This document shows positions 54,001 to 64,000 of a DNA stretch of 64,000 nucleotides, piece by piece. Made by a program: the position numbers and the translations under genes. Source of the stretch: Eledone cirrhosa (taxonomy: Eukaryota); contig OZ024742.1 of NCBI GenBank assembly GCA_964016885.1, forward strand, positions 187,922,001-187,986,000, given 5' to 3'. Position 1 is the stretch's first letter, and each line of letters opens with the position of its first letter. The notes under the pieces are model-generated. The model searched no databases, was not told where the DNA came from, and saw only the letters and a program-made list of their open reading frames with translations.

Positions 54001-54374
54001 TGATTAATATTAAGAAAAATTAATAATAAGAAGAGTTAAAATTTAAGATTTGAAAATTCAAGTATAAAATTCATTGTGAGATTTCATAGTAGTTTTCATC
54101 TTGGTAACAGCTAGTTGACTGCTGTGTGCCTTTCTGGTAGTGAATGAGAAGTTATTTGGGGTGAGGGTTATTTTATAAAGGTCAGATTTAGCAATGGCCA
54201 GATGGCCAGCTGCTGGTCAGTGAGGGGGTGGAAGCAATATACATACATACATATATCTTCCTGTGGTCGGTAGGAGAGGGGAGATTGATAGAAAGGGATT
54301 TAGTGCACTTACATCTATATATACACACATACCTTCATCCACACATACATACATATACATATACATACACACAC

Positions 54375-54407
<33 letters not shown>

Positions 54408-54592
54408 TACACATACACACACACACATACATATACATACACATACATCCAGATACACACATACATACACACACACATATATATATATATATGTGTACAT
54501 ACACATATATACACACATATACATACACATATATATACACACACCCACACATACATATGCACACGCACATATATATACATACACACATACAA

Positions 54593-54625
<33 letters not shown>

Positions 54626-54745
54626 CACATACACACACATATATATACACACACACACACACATATATATATATACACATACGCATACATCCAGATACAC
54701 ACACACACACACACACACAATACATACATCCACATGCACACACAT

Positions 54746-54776
<31 letters not shown>

Positions 54777-54979
54777 TACATACACCCACACACAGAGAAA
54801 TGGCCTCCAAATATATATATATACATACATACACATATATTTTTTCCATAATATAAGAAGTTAGGACAGTGAAATTAAAATAAAAGTCATTCTGATCACA
54901 TTGAGTTCTTCATGTAGATTGGGCCCCGCAACCGACAGTGGTGAATTATGTGTGCGCATATATATATAGATATATATAC

Positions 54980-55465
54980 CTCTTTTTCACATCAAGTCAC
55001 CCAAAACATACAAAACTTAACATTCCTTACAATTTGGCCAAACGTATATGTATCATAGTATCAGATCCACCTAAACGGGAGCAAAGACTAAAGGAACTAA
55101 AAGACACCCTTATCTTAAGAGCCTTTCCACTTGAAATAATCAACAATGGAATAGACAGGGCAAAACACCTAAATCCCCATCAACTTAACAATCCCAAACA
55201 GAAAACCACACTCAACACCTTGCCATATGTATCCACTTTCAACCCCAGAAATACCGAAATGTTTGATCACCTACACAAAAACCTCCCCATCCTACTTAAA
55301 GATGTAAAAATGAAGTCTATTCTTGAAACACATAAGATCCTTAAAAGTAAAAGACAACCCAAATCACTAAAACGCATTCTCACTGGACCAAATATACCCA
55401 AACCAATCCTCAACCCTACAGTTACCAAATGTGGTAGAACAAACTGTGGAACGTGCCTCTACCTC
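54980..55465 (+). mobile_element. PLE fragment (RT thumb to Cys linker), cut by the downstream palindrome
   Basis: FTSSHPKHTKLNIPYNLAKRICIIVSD...LPYVSTFNP...KRQPKSLKRILT...KCGRTNCGTC. Confidence 0.88.
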
Positions 55466-55897
55466 AGAAATGATTTTAGGAAGCCGTAGCGATGCGAGCA
55501 CCGGGGACTAACGCCCTCTGGTATTGACCAGCAGAAGCGTGGGGGAAAACCGTCTATGCATTTCAGGCTTGACTGGCCATCGTCAGGACGATCCCTCCCA
55601 CTGCTCTGCGACTGCTGGACTTGAAAACAGCCGAGAACATATAGTTTTTCTTTACTATTTGCAGCTTAATATGCAAATGAGATTAATCACCTCATTTACA
55701 CAGACGAGAAAACTATATGTTTTCGGCTGTTTTCAAGTCCCGCTGTCGCAGAGCAGTGGGACGGATCGTCCTGACGATGGCCAGTCAAGCCTGAAATGCA
55801 TAGACGGTTGTCCCCCTCGCTTCTGCTGGGCAACACCAGAGGGCGTATACCCCCCTCCCGGGTTCGCATAGCTACGGCTTCATAAAATCGTATTTCT
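55466..55897. repeat. ~430 bp GC-richer fold-back with a ~55 bp spacer
   Basis: Arms 55466-55651 and 55707-55897 are reverse complements with scattered differences. Confidence 0.95.
55767..55806 (+). ncRNA. Minimal type I hammerhead ribozyme (identical mirror copy on - strand at 55551-55590)
   Basis: cgtc-CTGACGA-t-ggc-cagtcaa-gcc-t-GAAA-tgca-ta-gacg. Perfect stems I and II; palindromic stem III atgcat. Confidence 0.9.
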
Positions 55898-55958
55898 TTC
55901 GAAATACAAAATTTCTATACATATTGCAAAAAGCTATGATTGAAGCGAAATCGTATTT

Positions 55959-56039
<81 letters not shown>

Positions 56040-56118
56040 ATATAGACACACAACGCGTTTAATATGTCGAGACACAATAAGATATCAAACTACATTTAAA
56101 CGATACTTTATCGTTTTT

Positions 56119-56229
<111 letters not shown>

Positions 56230-57358
56230 GTTTATATCTGCATATATGTATATAATGTGTATATGTACACACACACACATATATGTATATATGTGCATAG
56301 ATCATTGTTGCAATGTTAGAAGCAATGTGTAATAACGGAAGTGGAGAACAGGAGAAGGTAATAAATGAAAGGTTTTTCTATCGATATTGTTTAAAACATT
56401 ACCAACTTGAATCGAAAGTGAAATTCAATTGAAACAATTATATATTTTCGTAAAAATTTCCATTTTCCATCAAATAATTTCCTCTCTTCAATATTATCAT
56501 GAAATATATTCCCATGATTTTTTTAACAGGTTTCACGCTTTGTGTCAAAACAATAATTTGAAGTAGCAGTATTGAGGATTAAATTAAATATATATTAAAA
56601 TTTTAGGTTTTTTTAAAAGAATATCGATCGGTATATTATTGGTTATTGACAATATTGTATTTGATTTGCAAATCGATCTATTTATTTTCTAGACTATCAT
56701 TACCTTTACACATTCGCTGTTATTTTAATAGACTCGGGTAATAGCTAAAGAAGTTCGTTTAATACTTATAATATTCCAGCTTCAACATGAAATAAAGGAA
56801 ACATAATCAACGGGTGGTAGAAGCATTGTGAATAAACTGTGTAGATAGAAAATATGGATGCCTGAGACATGGAGTGTACCAGTAATTCAGAGTGAAAGCG
56901 AAACCTCTCTGTATATTGTGTCACGTTACATCATCTTGATTTACGATACAGCCACTTACACTTACGTATAAGCTTGTGTTCCGCTGGGTCGTCTTCGGAA
57001 TTATATTAAGGGTACATGTTTTCAGCAAAGAAGAGTAGCTTTAGAAAAGAAAGCGGTGTACGTAAGTCTTAGAAAGAAGTTAAATGTATGTCCTCTAGAG
57101 ATTGTTATCCCATCTATTTTGGTTTTGTATAGAACAAGAGGAAGACCATGACTGTTATGTCCCTGTTCATTTAATTGCAGTTCTACGTCTAAATACACAC
57201 AGCACAACCATGTAATCTCGCTGATCATTCATAAGGATATACAGTATGCCTCCAACGTATGAACGTGTTCGTTAGTTGATTGTTCATGAGTTGATCGTCT
57301 AACACATTAAGTACCAGTAAGCCCATATAAGTAACATTGATATATCAGATTTCCATAT

Positions 57359-57542
<184 letters not shown>

Positions 57543-57594
57543 GTATGTATATATATATATATGCATATATAATATAGAGGTATATATAACATGT

Positions 57595-58012
57595 AATAAT
57601 TATTTCTACTTTTGGTACAAGGCCAGCAATTATCCCAGTGCATTACTGGTACTTTGTTTTATCGACGCCGTAAGGATGAAAGGCAAAGTTAAACTCGGCG
57701 GGATTTGAACTCAGACCGTAACTCTATGCGTCAAATCATGGTGTCCGATCCTCTACCGATACTGCCAATCCACCGCTATATAACATGTACTAATGATTTC
57801 TAGAAAAGGCACAAGGACATTAATTTGAGGTAAGGGGAAAGTTGATTAAATCGACTCAGTATGTTACTGGTGCTTTATTTTATCGACCCCGTATGGATGA
57901 AAGGCAAAGTTAACCTCGGCGGGATTTTAATTTAGACCGTAAAGGGGCGTAACTCAATGCTGCAAAGCATGGTGTCCTACTCTCAACCGATACTGCCAAC
58001 CCACTGCCCTTA
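57595..58012 (-). mobile_element. Two head-to-tail SINE copies with a shared flanking motif
   Basis: tatataac(a/c)tgta(a/c)taat at ~57583, 57777 and 58011 brackets both copies. Confidence 0.88.
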
Positions 58013-58181
58013 TATAACCTGTAATAATCATTTTAAATACTGTAAAGCTAATAACAATAAATTGTTTTAGACAAATATATTTTTCAATTCTGCGAAAACA
58101 GAATGGTATCCCATAATGTAGTTACGATTCCGGCTTGTTTTTACCCGGAAAAAGAAGGAACCCAATACCCAAAAGAGTGAA

Positions 58182-58468
58182 GGCGCATGGCTTACTGGTT
58201 ACAGCATTATGCTTGCAATCGAAAGGTTGTGAGTTCAATTCTTGGACCGAGTAATGTGTTGTTTCCTTGAGCAAGACACTTCACGTCGGTCCAGTTTACT
58301 CCGCTGAAAATGAGTACCAGCAATAGCTGGAGGTTTAACTCTGCGATGGACTGGCGTCCTGTCCAGGGGGGGGGGGAGTCTTGTACTATCAGTCTCTTCA
58401 TGCCATGAAACCGGGATAAGCAACGGCCAAATGAGTTTTCTGACTTAAGACAGACTTTAGACTTTTTT
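58182..58468 (+). mobile_element. tRNA-derived SINE of a third family (diverged - copy at ~47605-47805)
   Basis: ggcgcatggcttactggtta (A box), gagttcaattc (B box), ccttgagcaagacactt, aatgagtacc, ctgcgatggactggcgtcctgtccagggg, gaaaccgggataag, tail agacttt. Confidence 0.8.
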
Positions 58469-59014
58469 TAGAATACTCAAAAGAGCCCACAATAACACGA
58501 ATTTCAAAAACACATTTTTCTTCTTCGTGAGTCTGTTTTTATCTGCATCGTAAGTTCGTAAGTAAGGTTTGGACTTACGATATTATTATAGTTCCTATAT
58601 TAGGTAGATTCTGCGACGCTAGCTTTGTCTTCTTGTATGAGTCATTCGAATGAATAGTCATATCATTGGCACCCTTCTCGTTCTCTTTATCATTACACCA
58701 CCCTCATCACCACTATCACAACAACCATCATCGTCATTGTGACCTTCAGATCTACGACAATGTCGAACACCTGCAACACCATCACCACGGCATCCATCAA
58801 TACACGCATCACAATCATTACCCCAGCATCATCATAGATACGTCAATTTTCAGTCATGCTAAGTCTGACGGCAGGCCACTCGAGTATACTTAGCGGAACC
58901 AACAGAATATATAACTGTGATATTTCAGAAATTATTAAAAATATATATTTTCTTAGTGAGGCGATTACTTGAACTGAGTTTAATCTGTTGTTAAAACATT
59001 GGCTGAACCTTATA

Positions 59015-59360
59015 CTCTCGGGTCCCAAATAATGCCACTATTCCCCGCATATAACTTTTTCAGCTCCAACCGCTCGTTTAATTTTGCTAATCCATCTCCG
59101 GCGAAATTTTATTTTAAGTGGTAGCATTCCTGCGACAATTAATTTTTTTTACACATTTAAACAAATTACGACAAAAAGATATATTATAAGAAATCACATA
59201 TATTATAAAATAAGTAGGATGGTTTGGGGTCTCAATATGTGAACTAAACAACAAATTCTGCTTTTTAAAACAATGAAAGGTGATAACCTTGGAAGATTAC
59301 CGATTTTGCACACCCACCCACCCCGATTATTTCACCCCCATATTATTTGGAGCGTGAGAG
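59015..59360. mobile_element. TA-flanked MITE
   Basis: ta-ctctcgggtcccaaataat ... attatttggagcgtgagag-ta. Second copy at 11058-11440. Confidence 0.78.
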
Positions 59361-60442
59361 TAGCCGGCAATTTGCCTTTCATCATGTCAGGGTCGATATT
59401 CGAAGCAGCAATTTAGGGTGTGATGGTTTGATGGTATTGTTAAAGAATCGGACTGTATATCTTACAGCATCTGCTCCGATTCTCTGTATGTTGGGTTCAA
59501 ATCCCATCTCTTCTCTCCTGAAAAGAAATGACGCATTTGCCCAAATTTGTGATGGATAGATATCAAAGGAAACATAACTTCCTTTGTCTGATCTTGAAGA
59601 TACGGTCTTTTTTTCCTTCCCTTTCTTTTTTTGTTTTAATACAAGATAGATTTGATATAATTTCACATCTCTCGTAGTATAATTATGGATATTACTGCTT
59701 TCGGCTTCCCCCTCTTACAGCGTTTGAACTCCAAGCCTGTGTAGTAAGAAAAAGATAAACAAAACCGAAATGTGTAGAGCAAAGCTCAAATATCTATTCG
59801 GGTTCAACCCTTTCATAAAAAGACGTAAATTCATCAAAGTTGAATGTCCGTCTTTTGTTTTTGTAGACATCTTTGTCTCGATAATATAGATATAAAATAC
59901 TGATGAACTAAAAACTACTTGAATAATAAATGCACACAGAACTGCAGGTGTGGATAACAAACCGAAACATTATTTTATCTATCTATTAAATAACGTCTAC
60001 CATCATAGTAATATAGATTTCACTGCTGCTGAAAGCTTTCAGTTGTTGGAAGAAGAAATAGTTATGTTTAATTTGTTTTCTTTTCATTTTAACTTCCCGC
60101 AATCGATATTGGTTGTGTTAAAATTGATTTAAAACTACTTCACAAGAGATTCTGTTGTTTTATTTATTATTTGTTTTTTATTGAATCAGATTGCAAAATA
60201 ACAGATGCAAATCAATGCTGTTAAGAAATACAATTGAAAAGATAAAATAAAAAGTAACGATGTTATATAACCTGGATCTTATCTCCATTATTATTAGAAC
60301 TATCAATGTTGATAATATCAAGAGTAGCTATCGTATTTGTAGTTGTTCCAGTGGGCGTTGTTATTTAACTTGTTAGAATAGCACTTGGAATTCGTTTAGA
60401 CTGGAGTTAGAGATTATTTGTTTTATAGTATTTAGTATAGCT

Positions 60443-60750
60443 AGGTTCAAGGTTCAATAGATACGATGGATGTATAAACTGTATTTTATCCTCTATTAAT
60501 AATATAAATAAGGGCGCAACATAGTCGAATGTTTGAGACCACTATAAAGTCGTATGGCTTCAGTTATGGTTCCACTTCGTGGAATATTGGACAAATAGGG
60601 TTTAAGGTTCAATATATACGGAGGATGTATACATTGGATCTTATTATCTGTTAATAATATAAGTATAGGCTTCGCATAGCCGAATATTGAGATCGCTCTT
60701 AGGTTATCAGGTTCCAGTTATGGTTCCACTGCGTGACATATTGGACAAAT
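60443..60750. repeat. Diverged ~155 bp tandem duplication containing a SINE-like head
   Basis: aggttcaata(g/t)atacg, ttaataatataa, cagttatggttccact and atattggacaaat each occur twice. Confidence 0.85.
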
Positions 60751-61135
60751 GCTTTCATTTAACTTTCTATCGATGAAAGCATTTTGACTCAAAATGCGCA
60801 GACAAGACTGTTTAGAAGCCCGTGGAATGGACTATATCTAAAATTTTGGTCTCAAGTGGCATTTTAGATAAGTATCTTTTACCATACACTCGAGTCGACG
60901 TCAGCAAAATTTGAGTGAAATTGGGTATGTGGAAACTGTTTGGAACCCTATCGAATCGAAAGGATAGGAACTGTAATTCCAAAGTCAAAGCTGGATCTCT
61001 TTCAGAATTGTACATTCGTCGTTGGAATACTCAGCCTCTTACGCGTTGATTTAATGAGTGTTCTATTCCGTTTCCAGATCAACCGGAATATTCAATGTTG
61101 AAGTGTCCGTTTTATTAAGATATCTACCAGAAGTA

Positions 61136-61307
61136 CAAGGGACGGATGAAAATTTCATAGGCTGATTATCAAGAAATTATGCTAGAACTGCGAAATCTCG
61201 CATGCATTATTTTCAACTCGTCTCATACATGTGCTGAAAAATAAATCTCAATTGGTCATTCCTTGAGAGTATCATAACCGGCATATGAACCTTTTAGCCG
61301 ACCTTCA
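61136..61307. mobile_element. Mariner-type MITE
   Basis: ta-caagggacggatgaaaatttcata ... tatgaaccttttagccgaccttca-ta. Confidence 0.62.
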
Positions 61308-62910
61308 TATACTGTGACTGATTAAAATGGGGAGAGGGGAATCTCTTCACCAAATGTAAATTGATTCATTTCAGTATAAGAAATAATCTATCGCGTTGTA
61401 CAAAGTCTCATATTTAGGGTAGACTACGGTACTGAGATTGTACCACCTAAAGAATCAAATAAAAACGTAATCTTGGCGCGATTTACTTTCAAAATGGAAA
61501 GTAGTGTTCTGTCATCAAATGCATCAGTTTATCTATTCATGGGCAGAGATCTTTGCTTGACGAATTAAAGTTCGCTGCGGGTTCTTAAAAACTTTAATAT
61601 TGAATCATTATTTTGGATTACAAGGACTTATTAATCCTCTATGATTATAGTTTTATGTTGTATATATATATAAAATTATATGTTTATAGTTTTATATGAT
61701 AATGTTTTAAGTGGATTGCAAGATTGTAACCACAATTCCCACCTTTCTCACTTTCCTTCCGTACATATTATAATGCACAAGTTGGAAATAACTTGACTTC
61801 ATTTACTCGTTAAATGTTTCAGGGAGGAACATATATATCAATTTTCTTTATATCTTCTATATCGTATGAATACAGAAATTAATCTCATCATAAAACTCTG
61901 ACTATACACATATATGCATATGCAATTATAGTTCAAATGTATAGATATGCACGCAAATAGATAAATTGTGTTTGTGTGAATGTTCGCGTTTAAGGCTATA
62001 AATTAAACATACATATACAATGCATAAGTATTTAAAGAGTTTATTTTATATATAACTGGGACATTTATTATTATCCATCCATAGGTAGTTATTTCAATGT
62101 ACTTTTGGAGTGGCTGAAAGAAGTAATACATTTTTCCTTTACTTTACTATTTATTTTAGTATCGCACATTAGAGAATATATATGACAAATTCAATTAAAA
62201 TTCAGATACATAACCACAACTTATATTTAATGGAAGAAGACACTTTCCATCTTCTACCGACATTGCATATTGATTTCAGTCTCAAATATTAACAATAGTC
62301 CTATAAGAGACCCCATTAAACCACATATTACAAGGGAAATTATATTTATTTTCTACAATATTTATTTTGACGGTCAGTAACACGCCAGAATGAATTTTTA
62401 CTTTATTTTCTCTTCTCGTCTGACATCATTTGACAGATGTATTTCCAAACCAGAATTTAATTTGTATTAACACACATTTTAGCTTACAGTTCAATAATGC
62501 ATTACTATTAAATACGATAACATATGTTAACACTTTACTGTTGTTGACTTCATAAAGAATACTGCATGTGGATTTTGAGGTACAATTGTAGAAGCCCATG
62601 ATAAAAGAATAAAAACGTTCAAAGTTAAAAGAGAGGGGCAAGTAATATCTATCAGGACATTGTGCATGACCACGTTAAAAACCACCATTATAATTGTAAA
62701 TGTGGGAACCAGTGGTACGAACGGAGAAAGTGTGGGGGTCCATTAAGACACGAATATTGAGAATCTCCATCAGAATACTTTCCTTGAATCCATGTAGGTA
62801 TTGAAGGGGAGATGTGAATATACTTTCAACACATACACACACAATGTGTATATGTATATATATATATTTGAATGTATGTATACATATACATATATGTGTA
62901 TATATATATA

Positions 62911-62968
<58 letters not shown>

Positions 62969-63178
62969 TATATATATATATACAGATCAGAGCAAACAGC
63001 ACGGACACTCTATCTCAAAATTATTTTTGAAAAGCATTTAGAAATACGCAACCAGTAAAAACTTAAAAACTTAAAACCACAACTGAATACTAACCCATAC
63101 AATCACTAATACTCTTTTATTCCTAATTAAACCATTTTTCAACTGTGAACAATTTGTCAGCATTTTCTATTCCGTTTA

Positions 63179-63221
<43 letters not shown>

Positions 63222-63227
<6 letters not shown>

Positions 63228-64000
63228 ATAATAACAAATGTGAAGACTAAAATACAAAGAGGGTTCGATAAGGATAAATATATATTAAATATATAAGAAC
63301 GGTAGAGCAAATATTTATTAAAATAACAGATTAAAGTTTAAGCAAAGAATCGCTGCTTTCGCCCTTAACGGGATCTTCCGAAACTTAAAAAGTCAATCTG
63401 TGAACGCAGAAATAAATATTTCAAAAAAGTTGCAACCGAAGGAAGACAGGAAGACGATACTTTGGTTCGTGTAAACGTTCCCTGGCAAAAAAGAGAAAAA
63501 AACGAAGATAATACCTCATTATTTGGTGCGGTGAAAACAATTACACGCAAAGACAAAACTACGTTTATGGTATGAATAAAGTCGTAGACTAATATTCTAT
63601 TAGGTGGTTCATGGAGACGTTCTGTGGCAATGAACGGAAAAAACGAAGATAATACGTCATTATGTGGAACAGTGAGAACAATTACACGCAAAGACAAAAC
63701 CACGTAAATGGTATAACTGAAGTCGTAGACTAAAATTCTAATAAGGAAACCGAATGATTCTCGCTTCAGAGTTAAGAATAAAGTAAATAAAATACAGAGG
63801 TAATTGAAAATAAATATATACATATACGTATGTACACAAGCATACACAAAACACTCGCCATGGGTATGCAAATACGAGCACGTACACAAAAGGAATAACA
63901 AACACGCACGCACATACAGAACACACGCAACGCCTGTAGCCGCTACATAGAATCGTATACACCAAATACACATAAAAATACATATAAAAAAAAATATATA
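63222..64000 (-). mobile_element. PLE 3' region, same family as 7726-7943, with an internal ~140 bp tandem duplication
   Basis: 63222-63377 matches 7726-7878. Hammerhead-like cggaaga-t-ccc-gttaa-ggg-c-gaaa on -. aaaaaacgaagataatac...caattacacgcaaagacaaaac...aagtcgtagactaa occurs twice (~63496-63601, ~63638-63742). Confidence 0.8.

Noticed and set aside
63365-63973. 202-aa ORF with an internal repeat
   Set aside because: It lies in a PLE 3' region, and the repeat reflects a ~140 bp DNA duplication.

Overview
AT-rich eukaryotic DNA made almost entirely of repeats. The dominant tRNA-derived SINE and the microsatellite load look like an octopod cephalopod; this is recognition, not a database result. 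I can support no intact host gene, and most long ORFs in the track are translated (AT)n/(GT)n repeats. Recognisable elements: one uninterrupted R4/Dong-type LINE ORF (49858-53250), a 5'-truncated RTE LINE, at least five Penelope-like (PLE) RT/GIY-YIG fragments, a deleted Helitron, a deleted Tc1/mariner, several MITEs and more than 20 SINE copies. The most striking pattern is a set of mutually unrelated 0.1-0.45 kb fold-back palindromes in or next to (AT)n tracts. Their arms carry minimal hammerhead-ribozyme cores in opposite orientations, and about 10 further hammerhead-like cores lie at PLE 3' ends. Other observations: PLE bodies that carry microsatellite-like sequence between loci, an RTE-derived bipartite short element matching the RTE in the same window, serial SINE insertions with shared junctions, local duplications 0.64-0.73 kb from their source, and two weakly supported decayed host-gene relics (cadherin-like and TIR-like). 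All alignments and RNA folds were done by eye.
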